This document shows, piece by piece, positions 1-7,527 of a DNA stretch of 32,000 bases. The first letter of the stretch is position 1, and every line of letters starts with the position of its first letter. Source of the DNA: Pseudodesulfovibrio mercurii (GTDB taxonomy: Bacteria > Desulfobacterota > Desulfovibrionia > Desulfovibrionales > Desulfovibrionaceae); NCBI RefSeq assembly GCF_000189295.2, contig NC_016803.1, positions 2,040,001 through 2,072,000 of the forward strand, written 5' to 3'. The position numbers and the translations under genes were made by a program. Under the pieces are notes generated by a model. It was not told the origin of the DNA, did no database searches, and saw only the letters and a program-made list of their open reading frames with translations.

Positions 1-1
1 G

Positions 2-73
2 CGGATGGCCTGCGGCTGCTCCACCGAGGACGCCTGCGACTGCACCGAAGAAGAGGCCCCTGCCGAGGCCTGA
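2..73 (+). CDS. 3' end of an upstream CDS (partial); Cys/acidic-rich C-terminus ...RMACGCSTEDACDCTEEEAPAEA*
   Basis: Open frame from the window edge to TGA at 71-73, with GC-rich third positions. A strong rho-independent terminator follows at 129-161. Too short for a family assignment. Confidence 0.35.
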   Translation, partial: RMACGCSTEDACDCTEEEAPAEA

Positions 74-128
74 TGATCGGCACAGCCTGGCCGAACAACG
101 TCACCTCGCTAGGCTCAAGGCTGCAACA

Positions 129-161
129 GGGCCGCTCCGGAAACGGAGCGGCCCCTTTTTT
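129..161 (+). terminator. Rho-independent terminator
   Basis: 11-bp GC-rich stem gggccgctccg / cggagcggccc (129-139 / 144-154), GAAA loop, then T6 at 156-161. Confidence 0.65.
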
Positions 162-272
162 GTGTCCACCGCCCGGACCGCCTTCCCGGCGCTGGCCCGG
201 TCCGTCCCATACCTGTTCAGGCATTGTGCGGAAACGCGCAAGGTCGATCCGTGTTGCGCCAATGCCACGGGC

Positions 273-287
273 ATGGCATAGTGCCAT
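273..287. promoter_or_regulatory. 15-bp palindrome ATGGCAtagTGCCAT (candidate operator) upstream of the FmdE-fusion gene
   Basis: Perfect 6-bp inverted arms with a 3-nt spacer. A further TGCCA half-site lies at 263-267. About 75 nt upstream of the ATG at 362. Confidence 0.3.
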
Positions 288-361
288 TCCTTTTTCCGGC
301 GGCAAATACGGGAAGGGGTCGGCGCGCCGCGCCGGGCACTCAATCGAACTGCGAGGCAAGC

Positions 362-1987
362 ATGAACATCGGACAGTACACCTTTGAGGAATTCAAGCAA
401 AAGGCCAAGGAATTTCACGGCTATCCCGCTCCGGGCCTGCTCATCGGCGGGTACATGGTGGAGGCGGCCAAGGCCCGGCTGCCCGAGGGCACCCTGTTCG
501 AGGCCATGGTCGAGTCCGGCAAGTGCCTGCCCGACGCGGTCCAGCTCCTGACCCTGTGCTCCACGGGCAACAACTGGATGAAGGTCAAACTGCTCGGGCG
601 CTACGCCGTGTCCCTGTACGACAAGTTCACGGGCAAGGGGTTCCGGGTGGCCATCGACCAGGAGAAACTCAAGCTCTGGCCCGAGATCCACGACTGGTTC
701 ATGAAGGAGAAGCCGAAGGCCGAGCAGGACACGGAACGGCTCTTCCGCGAGATCGAGGAGGCCGGGGACACCATCTGCTCCATCCGGCCCGTGACCATCG
801 CCAAGAAATACCTCGGCCACGGCCACATGACCACCATCGACGTCTGCCCGGTCTGCGGCGAGGCCTACCCCAGTTCGGACGGCTCCATCTGCCGGGGCTG
901 CCAGGGCGAGGCCCCCTATGAATCCATGGAGGGGGCCGTCTGCGCCGACGACGCCCCGGACCTCAAGGTCATGCCCGTGGAACAGGCCGTGGGCCGGAAG
1001 GCGGTCCACGACATGACCGGCATCCGGCCCGGCGAGTCCAAGGGACCCATCACCAAGGCGGGCGACATTCTCGGCATCGGCGACGTCTGCCGGTTGCAGC
1101 GCATCGGCAAGTTCAACGTCTACGACGCCGAGGCCATCCCCGGCGACGAGTGGGTCCACGAGAACGACGCGGTCAAGGCGTTCGCGAAACGCATGGCCGG
1201 GCCGGGCATCACCTATGACGCCGATCCCGAGGAGGGCAAGATCAACTTCTTCGCCGACCGCGACGGCATGCTGTCCATCGACCTGGACGCCCTCTCCCGG
1301 TTCAACCTCTCCCCGGACGTCATGCTGGCCACCCGGCACGACGGCTCGCTCATGCCCAAGGGCAAGGGCGTGGCCGGGACCAGGGCCATCCCCCTGTACA
1401 TCTCCCGCGACCGGTTCTCGCGCGCCCTGACCGCGCTGGGCGAGGGCCCGGTCCTGTCCGTGCTGCCGCTCAAGGCGGCCAAGGTCGGCATCCTGGTCAC
1501 CGGCACCGAGGTCTTCCAGGGGCTCATCGAGGACAAGTTCATCCCGATCATCTCGTCCAAGGTCATCAAGCTCGGCTGCACCGTGCACATGACCGACATC
1601 GTGCCGGACGAGCGCGAGGCCATCACCAACGCGGCCAAGGCCATGCTCAACGGCGAGTGCGATCTGATCGTGACCACGGCGGGCATGTCCGTGGACCCGG
1701 ACGACGTGACCCGCGCGGCCCTGGTGGACGCCGGGCTGCACGCCGACCACTACGGCGTGCCCATGCTGCCCGGCACCATGACCCTGGTGGGCAAGCTCCG
1801 CAAGGCGGACATCATCGGGGTCCCGGCCTGCGCCCTGTTCTACAAGACCACGGCCTTCGACGTGGTCCTGCCCCGCGTGCTCGCCGGGCAGGAGCTGCGC
1901 CGCAAGGATCTGGCGCGGCTGGGCGAGGGCGGGTTCTGCATGAACTGCAAGACCTGCTCCTTCCCCAAGTGCCCCTTCGGCAAGTAG
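362..1987 (+). CDS. FmdE-domain protein fused to a MoeA/MoaB-like molybdenum-cofactor-binding (MoCF_BD) domain, with a C-terminal Cys cluster
   Basis: In-frame ATG at 362 (MNIGQYTFEEF...) inside the 224..1987 track ORF. The N-terminus has FmdE-like HGYPAPGLLIGG and a zinc ribbon CPVCGEAYPSSDGSICRGC. The C-terminal half has ILVTGTEV...DLIVTTAGMSVDPDD, typical of MoCF-binding domains. The tail is CMNCKTCSFPKCPFGK. Confidence 0.8.
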   Translation: MNIGQYTFEEFKQKAKEFHGYPAPGLLIGGYMVEAAKARLPEGTLFEAMVESGKCLPDAVQLLTLCSTGNNWMKVKLLGRYAVSLYDKFTGKGFRVAIDQEKLKLWPEIHDWFMKEKPKAEQDTERLFREIEEAGDTICSIRPVTIAKKYLGHGHMTTIDVCPVCGEAYPSSDGSICRGCQGEAPYESMEGAVCADDAPDLKVMPVEQAVGRKAVHDMTGIRPGESKGPITKAGDILGIGDVCRLQRIGKFNVYDAEAIPGDEWVHENDAVKAFAKRMAGPGITYDADPEEGKINFFADRDGMLSIDLDALSRFNLSPDVMLATRHDGSLMPKGKGVAGTRAIPLYISRDRFSRALTALGEGPVLSVLPLKAAKVGILVTGTEVFQGLIEDKFIPIISSKVIKLGCTVHMTDIVPDEREAITNAAKAMLNGECDLIVTTAGMSVDPDDVTRAALVDAGLHADHYGVPMLPGTMTLVGKLRKADIIGVPACALFYKTTAFDVVLPRVLAGQELRRKDLARLGEGGFCMNCKTCSFPKCPFGK

Positions 1988-2009
1988 CCGGGACCGAACC
2001 CTTCACGCG

Positions 2010-2042
2010 AAAAAAGGCCGCCCTTCCGGGCGGCCTTTTCCG
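2010..2042. terminator. Bidirectional rho-independent terminator between convergent genes
   Basis: Stem aaggccgccc / gggcggcctt (2014-2037) flanked by an A-run on the left and a T-run on the right. Confidence 0.65.
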
Positions 2043-2075
2043 TCTTTTCCATACGGCGACGTCCGCCGACGCCCC

Positions 2076-2954
2076 CTAGTCCACGCGCAGCTTCTCGGGC
2101 ATCTCGGGCATGGCGCCGGGCTGGCCGCAGACCCAGGCCGCCACCCTGGCGGCATGGCGGTTGATGCGGTCCAGGGGCCATCCCTTGAGGCGGCCGAGGA
2201 CCAGGGCCGCAGTGAAGGCGTCGCCCGCCCCGATGGTGTCGACCACGTCCACGGGCTCGCCGGGCAGGTCGGAAACCTCGTCCGGGGCGAGCAGCAGGCT
2301 GCCCCTGTCGCCACGCGTGAGGACCGCGAGGCCGAGCCCGTGCCGCTCCATGAGCGCGTGCAGGGCGGGCCGCTCGCCGCGCGGCAGGTCGAACAGCCGG
2401 GTCACGGTGTCGAGCTCCGCGTCGTTGATCTTGAGCACGTCGGCCGCGTCCAGGGAGGCGGCGATGCGCTCCGGGGTGTAGAAATCCTGGCGCAGGTTGA
2501 TGTCGTAAACCTTGAGGGCCTTGTCCGCCCCGGCCAGGAAGCGGTGGATCGCCTTGCGCGAGACCTCGGCGCGCTGGGCCAGGGTGCCGAAGCAGACCGC
2601 GTCCGCGTTGGCGGCCAGGGTCAGGGCGGCCTTGTCCAGGGTCAGGAAATCCCAGGCCACGTCGTCGGGAAAGACGTAGGTGGCCACGCCGTGGGCGTCC
2701 ACCCGGGCGTCCACCGTGCCCGTGGGATGGTCCGGGTCCAGGGACACGGCGTCGATGTTCAGCCCCCGGCAGACAAGCAGGGACAGGGCCTCGCGGCCCA
2801 GGTCGTCGTCGCCCACCCTGGACACGGGCACCCCGGCCCCGCCCAGGGCGTTGACGTGATAGGCGAAGTTGGCGGGCGCGCCGCCCAGCAGGCGGCCCTG
2901 CGGCAAGACGTCCCAGAGAATCTCCCCCAGTCCCACGGCGAGTATCGGCTGCAT
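2076..2954 (-). CDS. PfkB-family carbohydrate kinase (fructokinase-like)
   Basis: Internal ATG at 2954 (MQPILAVGLGEILWDVL...GGAPANFAYH). PfkB signature DTIGAGDAFTAAL near the C-terminus. The start lies 2 nt after the upstream TPR gene stop at 2957, consistent with translational coupling. Confidence 0.85.
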   Translation of the reverse strand: MQPILAVGLGEILWDVLPQGRLLGGAPANFAYHVNALGGAGVPVSRVGDDDLGREALSLLVCRGLNIDAVSLDPDHPTGTVDARVDAHGVATYVFPDDVAWDFLTLDKAALTLAANADAVCFGTLAQRAEVSRKAIHRFLAGADKALKVYDINLRQDFYTPERIAASLDAADVLKINDAELDTVTRLFDLPRGERPALHALMERHGLGLAVLTRGDRGSLLLAPDEVSDLPGEPVDVVDTIGAGDAFTAALVLGRLKGWPLDRINRHAARVAAWVCGQPGAMPEMPEKLRVD

Positions 2955-2956
2955 GG

Positions 2957-4306
2957 CTACCCCGCTTGCTCCACGATCCGTTTGAGACGCGCCAGGGCCC
3001 GCTCGCGCAGGGGCGAGGCCGAGGACGCGGTCCGTTCCAGAAAGGCGATCAGATGGTCCAGGGCCTCCCCGCTCAGGGGGCGGTCCGGGCCGAGCCACTC
3101 CTCCCAGGCCTCGAACCCGCGCTCGAAGCAGTCCAGGGCCTCCGCCTCCCGCCTCCGTTCATCCAGGAACAGGGCCAGGTCGCACAGAGCCCGGCCGGTC
3201 TCGGGATGGTCCTGACCGAAGACGCGGCTGCGGACGTCCACCCCGGCGCGGAAATGGGTCTCGGCTTCGTCGTCCCGGCCCAGCCCCCGGCAGAGACGCC
3301 CGACCAGGTCGTGGGCCGCGGCGGTCTCGGGATGGTGCCCGCCGTACAGGTCCGTGGTCAGGGCCAGGCAGTCCTGGGCCAGACGCAGCCCCTCGGCGGA
3401 CCGGTCGAGCGCATCCAGGAGCAGGGCCTTGTCGTGCAGGCAGGCGGCCCGGGCCGGACCGCGCTCCTCGCCCGCCGCGCGGAGCACGTCCAGGCAGCCG
3501 TCCAGGGCGGCTTCGGCCCCGGCCGCATCGCCGCGCTCCCAGAGAACCAGGGCCAGGCCGTTCAGGACCGGGGCCGTGGCCGGATGGTTGGCGGTAAAGA
3601 TCTCGCCCTGCAGGTCCAGGCAGGCCCGGAAGGCCGCCTCGGCCCGGACCAGGTCCCCTCCGGCCCGGTAGACCGTGGCCAGCCCCTCGAGGTCGGCGGC
3701 GATATCCGGGTGATGGCCGCCCTTGACGGCCACGTCCACGGCCATGGCCGCCTCCAGGAGCTCTGCGGCCTCCCGGTGGCGGCCCTGGAAATGGAGGGAG
3801 AAGCCCGCCTGGTGCAGGACCCGGTTGGCGGCGGCCGTGGGCACGCCGGGATCAACGGCCAGGTCGCGGCAGGCCAGGACGTGGGGCAGGAGCCACTCGG
3901 TCAGGGGCCAGTTCTGCGGGTCCGCGTCGGGCAGGGACAGGTTCAGGGCGTAGACGGCCCGCCCGGCCCACTCGGCCGTCTGCTCGCGGTCGAGCCCGGC
4001 GCGCAGGGCCGCGCGCACGTCCCCGGGCAGGGCAAAGGCCTGTTCGTCCGCGTCCGCCTCCACCAGTCCCCGGTTGACCAGGGGGTCCATGATGGCCGTG
4101 GCCGCGAAAAAGGCGGCCGCCGGATTGACCAGGGCCGGGTTGTGCGGGGTGCCGTCCACGGACAGGACGAAGTCGTAGGGCAGGGGGGAGTCGGCCAGCA
4201 TGGCGGCCATGTACAGGGTCTCGGCCCCGCCGGGGGCCTCCCGCTCCACCTCCCGGACCAGGTCCAGGATGGCCCCATGGGTGCGGGCGTCGGATGTCTC
4301 CGTCAC
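2957..4306 (-). CDS. Tetratricopeptide-repeat (TPR_10/12-like) protein
   Basis: GTG start at 4306 preceded by AAGGAG with a 6-nt spacer. Repeated approximately 42-aa units carry the HP(D/E)(T/I)A...L...Y pattern: GGHHPDIAADLEGLATVY, ANHPATAPVLNGLALVL, GGHHPETAAAHDLVGRL, GQDHPETGRALCDLALFL. Confidence 0.8.
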   Translation of the reverse strand: MTETSDARTHGAILDLVREVEREAPGGAETLYMAAMLADSPLPYDFVLSVDGTPHNPALVNPAAAFFAATAIMDPLVNRGLVEADADEQAFALPGDVRAALRAGLDREQTAEWAGRAVYALNLSLPDADPQNWPLTEWLLPHVLACRDLAVDPGVPTAAANRVLHQAGFSLHFQGRHREAAELLEAAMAVDVAVKGGHHPDIAADLEGLATVYRAGGDLVRAEAAFRACLDLQGEIFTANHPATAPVLNGLALVLWERGDAAGAEAALDGCLDVLRAAGEERGPARAACLHDKALLLDALDRSAEGLRLAQDCLALTTDLYGGHHPETAAAHDLVGRLCRGLGRDDEAETHFRAGVDVRSRVFGQDHPETGRALCDLALFLDERRREAEALDCFERGFEAWEEWLGPDRPLSGEALDHLIAFLERTASSASPLRERALARLKRIVEQAG

Positions 4307-4375
4307 AACGTGCTCCTTGGTTGGAAATCCTGATCTGCCTATCCGGTTTGCCGGGGGAATTCAAGGCGGCGCGCG

Positions 4376-4412
4376 AAAAAGGGCGCTGCCCGGACCGGCC
4401 GGACAGCGCCCC
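4376..4412 (-). terminator. Rho-independent terminator downstream of flgE
   Basis: The minus strand reads ggggcgctgtccggccggtccgggcagcgccc followed by TTTTT. Confidence 0.6.
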
Positions 4413-4433
4413 GGAAGGCTCGGATGACTCCGC

Positions 4434-6059
4434 CTAGCGCTTGATGGAGATGAGCGTGTTCAGCATGGAATCCGCGGTGGTGATGACCTTGGTGTTGGCC
4501 TGGTAGCCGCGCTGGGTCAGGATCATGTTGGAGAACTCCGTGCTCATGTCCACATTGCTCTCCTCCAGGGAGTTCTGGTTGATGATCCCGCGCCCCCGGT
4601 CCCCGGCCGTGCCGACCATGGCCGTGCCCGAGGCCTCGGTGGCCACGAAGTTGGTCCCGCCGTCGCGCCTGAGCCCCCACGGACTGTTGAACTTGTAGAC
4701 CGCCACCTGGTACAGCTCCTCGGTCTGTCCGTTGGTGAAGTGGCCGCTCAGGATGCCCTCCTCGTCCACGCTGACGTAGTTGAGGTAACCCCAGGTATAG
4801 CCGTCCTGGATGTTGTACAGGGTGGCGGACGGCAGGTCGTAGCTGGTGGTCACGCGGGCGTCGCGGTTGGTGGCGTCCAGGCCGGGGAGCGCGTTCACAT
4901 TGGTGCCCACGGCCGCCGCGTTGCTGGCCCCGCCCGTGGTCCAGGAGGCGGTGTCGGAATTGATCCCGAAATCGTAGGCGATGGTCGAGACCCCGCCCGT
5001 GGCCGCGCCGTTGCTGCCGAAGAGGTAGTTGAACTGCGGCAACCCGTCGTCGCTGAAGGTGGCCGGGACCCAGGAGGACAGGCTGGTGCCGCCCGCCGCC
5101 GAGGTGCCCGCCGGGTCCAGGGTGAAGGCGGACTGGTCGATGAGCGCACCCTGGGCGTTGAAGGTCAGCACCCCCAACCCCGCCAGACCGGCCGCCGAAG
5201 TGCCGAAGGCCGCGGACGCGTCCGAGTCCTCGGGCATGGCGATGAGATATTCCCAGTAGGAGTAGCCGGGCACGGCGTTGGACAGGTTGGTGGTCTCCAC
5301 CGGGTCGAAATAGATGTTCATCTCGTAGCTGTTGCCGTCCTCGTCGTACACGTCGATGGCCGTGGAATACTGCGGCAGGCCGTCGCCGAAGGGCGAGGCC
5401 GCGTTGCTCTGGTTGGCGGTGTACGCCTCCAGCATGGCGAAGAACGGGTTGTCCTCGTTGGAGATCTGGCTGGCGGCCGAATGGTCGAGCCGGGTGACGA
5501 CCTCCACCGAGGTGGTGGCGAAGGGCTGGGAGCGGACCACGCGGGCGGTCTGGCCGTCCACGTCGACGTCCTCGTAGGGCAGCTGCACGTCGGACACGGC
5601 GGTGGCCCACTCGCCGGTCTCCCGGTCGTAGGCGAAGCCCTGGAGCCGGTACCCCTCCGAGTTGACCAGGTAGGCCTCGTTGTCGAAGCGGAAATCCCCG
5701 GCCCTGGTGTAGTGCGACGCCCCCCGGATGGTCCCCGAGGGGTCGTTGACCCCGAAGAACCCCTGGCCCGAGATGGCCAGGTCCGTGGCCTCGGTGGTCT
5801 CGGACAGGGCGCCCTCGGTGAAGATGCCCCGGATGGCGGACACGGCCACGCCCATGCCCATCTGGTTGATGCGCACGTCGCCGTTGTCGTACAGGGCGCC
5901 GCCCGTGGCCACCTGCTGGCTGATGAGGTCGCCGAACAGGATGTCCGAGCGCTTGTAGCCGATGGTGTTGACGTTGGCCAGGTTGTTGGCCAGGACCGAC
6001 ATGCCCTGGCTGTGGGCGATCACGCCGGTGGCGCCCACGTACATGCTTCCGAAACTCAT
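4434..6059 (-). CDS. flgE: Flagellar hook protein FlgE
   Basis: ATG at 6059 preceded by GGAGGAAG. The N-terminus has ...LANNLANVNTIGYK and the C-terminus LEESNVDMSTEFSNMILTQRGYQANTKVITTADSMLNTLISIKR, the conserved flagellar rod/hook terminal motifs. The 864-aa track ORF is an upstream read-through of this frame. Confidence 0.9.
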   Translation of the reverse strand: MSFGSMYVGATGVIAHSQGMSVLANNLANVNTIGYKRSDILFGDLISQQVATGGALYDNGDVRINQMGMGVAVSAIRGIFTEGALSETTEATDLAISGQGFFGVNDPSGTIRGASHYTRAGDFRFDNEAYLVNSEGYRLQGFAYDRETGEWATAVSDVQLPYEDVDVDGQTARVVRSQPFATTSVEVVTRLDHSAASQISNEDNPFFAMLEAYTANQSNAASPFGDGLPQYSTAIDVYDEDGNSYEMNIYFDPVETTNLSNAVPGYSYWEYLIAMPEDSDASAAFGTSAAGLAGLGVLTFNAQGALIDQSAFTLDPAGTSAAGGTSLSSWVPATFSDDGLPQFNYLFGSNGAATGGVSTIAYDFGINSDTASWTTGGASNAAAVGTNVNALPGLDATNRDARVTTSYDLPSATLYNIQDGYTWGYLNYVSVDEEGILSGHFTNGQTEELYQVAVYKFNSPWGLRRDGGTNFVATEASGTAMVGTAGDRGRGIINQNSLEESNVDMSTEFSNMILTQRGYQANTKVITTADSMLNTLISIKR

Positions 6060-6154
6060 ACTTCCTCCGATCCGGCGCGGGCCGGATGCGCGGGAACCGC
6101 CGGGATACCCATTCCCGGCAAGAAATTCCCAAGTCCTTCTCGGAAACATTAAGA

Positions 6155-6169
6155 GCAAGGGACGTGCCA
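6155..6169 (-). promoter_or_regulatory. Sigma54 (-24/-12) promoter for flgE
   Basis: The minus strand reads TGGCAC-gtccc-TTGC, an exact TGGCAC-N5-TTGC. It lies about 96 nt upstream of the flgE ATG. Confidence 0.65.
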
Positions 6170-6380
6170 CAGAGAAAACTTTATCTTTCCGAAGGGAAAG
6201 CCCGGCCGGGGCGCGGCACATCCTGCCGGACGCCCGGTCCCCATGCCGCGAGGCCCGGCCGGACGGGACCGGACGGACCGGGGCCGAACATGTTTCCCTT
6301 GCCAGATACCGGCGCCGCGCGTAGTCTTGCGCGACTTTGCGATCAGAGTGACAGCAAACGAAACTAATGGAGATATAGTA

Positions 6381-6956
6381 ATGAAACGGATTCTTCCCCT
6401 GCTCTTCGTCGCCCTCCTGGCCCTGGGACTGAGCGCCTGCAACCAGGAGCCGTCGGCCAAGATCGGCATCGTGGACGAGGCCGCCGCCTTCAAGGACAAC
6501 AAGCTGGCCACCGAGGCCATGGCCCACCTCCAGGAGATGGGCAAGCCCCTCCAGGAAAAGGCCGAGGCCGCGTACAAGGCCATGCAGGCCAACCAGACCG
6601 AAGAGACCGTGGCCGCCTACAAGCTGGCCATGGGTGAACTCCAGAACACCATGACCGCCGAGCAGCAGCGCATCGTCGGCATGGTCGACGCCAAGTTCAA
6701 CGAGGTCCTGGAGACCTACCGCAAGGAAAAGGGGCTGACCGCCATCCTGAGCAAGCAGGCCGTGATCGCCTCCGACGATGCCGTGGACATCACCAAGGAC
6801 ATCGTGGCCGCCATGAACAAGGTCACCATGGACTTCTCCCTGCCCGAGGCCCCCAAGGCCGAGGCTCCGGCCCCGGCGGCCGAACAGGCCGCTCCGGCGG
6901 CTGCGCCCGCCCCGGCTCCGGCAGCGGACCAGGCCCCGGCCAAGGCCGCGGAATAG
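6381..6956 (+). CDS. OmpH/Skp-family periplasmic chaperone-like lipoprotein with a Pro/Ala-rich tail
   Basis: ATG at 6381 with GGAGA upstream. Signal peptide with lipobox LGLSAC. Skp-like IGIVD...coiled coil...DITKDIVAAMNK. The C-terminus is a low-complexity APAPAAEQAAPAAAPAPAPAA tail. Confidence 0.75.
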   Translation: MKRILPLLFVALLALGLSACNQEPSAKIGIVDEAAAFKDNKLATEAMAHLQEMGKPLQEKAEAAYKAMQANQTEETVAAYKLAMGELQNTMTAEQQRIVGMVDAKFNEVLETYRKEKGLTAILSKQAVIASDDAVDITKDIVAAMNKVTMDFSLPEAPKAEAPAPAAEQAAPAAAPAPAPAADQAPAKAAE

Positions 6957-6973
6957 CCCACCCCGACACGCCA

Positions 6974-7015
6974 CAAAAAAAGGCCTGTCCACCCCACGGT
7001 GGACAGGCCTTTTTC
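6974..7015. terminator. Bidirectional rho-independent terminator
   Basis: A7 run, then 13-bp stem aggcctgtccacc / ggtggacaggcct (6981-7010), then T5. Serves the convergent OmpH-like and Hpt genes. Confidence 0.7.
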
Positions 7016-7031
7016 CGTTCCGGCACACGGC

Positions 7032-7376
7032 TCAGCCGAGGTTCCGGAAATCGAGCATGCGTTCCCTGGCCATGTCCAGCTTGCCGGTGAACGCGTCGAG
7101 CTTTTCGCGGACCCGGTCCAGGTTCCCGTCCCGCCCGGCATATTCCATTTCCAGGGCCAGCCCGACCAGGACGTCGGCGCGGACCACGCCGCACATGCCC
7201 TTGAGCGAGTGGGCCAGCTTGGTCGCCTGGACCGCGTCCCCGCCGTCCAGGGCCTCGATCAGCTCGGCCACGCGCCTGGGGCAGTCCTCGAGAAAGGCGT
7301 CGATGAGTTCCACGCCCAACTCCCGGTCGTGGGCCAGACTGGCCAGAAACTGCTGGCTGTCGAACAAATCCCGCAT
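7032..7376 (-). CDS. Standalone histidine phosphotransfer (Hpt) domain protein
   Basis: ATG at 7376 preceded by GGGGAAG. Contains the Hpt phospho-His motif AHSLKGMCG. Total length 114 aa. Confidence 0.8.
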   Translation of the reverse strand: MRDLFDSQQFLASLAHDRELGVELIDAFLEDCPRRVAELIEALDGGDAVQATKLAHSLKGMCGVVRADVLVGLALEMEYAGRDGNLDRVREKLDAFTGKLDMARERMLDFRNLG

Positions 7377-7527
7377 GATACTTCCCCTTCCCTTGCAAGT
7401 CCCCATGCGCGTTTCAACGTACCATCCGTGAATGGGCTTGGAAAGGGATTTCCGGGACATGCGGGGGACGAGGACGGCAATTTTGCCCAAAAACCGGGCT
7501 GGATCGCCGAAAATCGCGCCTTTCGGT

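Noticed and set aside
101-6152. Long overlapping ORFs 101-1750(-), 2154-3215(+), 2966-4333(+), 4339-6132(-), 4740-6152(+)
   Set aside because: Each overlaps a gene with clear family motifs (FmdE fusion, PfkB kinase, TPR protein, FlgE) in another frame or strand. All have Arg/Gly/Pro-rich composition and no ribosome-binding sites.
6060-7028. N-terminal extension of the flgE ORF to 864 aa; similar extensions apply to 24634-26034, 11445-12503, 11421-12473, 29331-31121, 15991-16866 and 2076-3098
   Set aside because: In each case an internal ATG with a strong SD coincides with the start of the conserved domain or signal peptide. The upstream extension also crosses intergenic repeats, terminators or the neighbouring gene.
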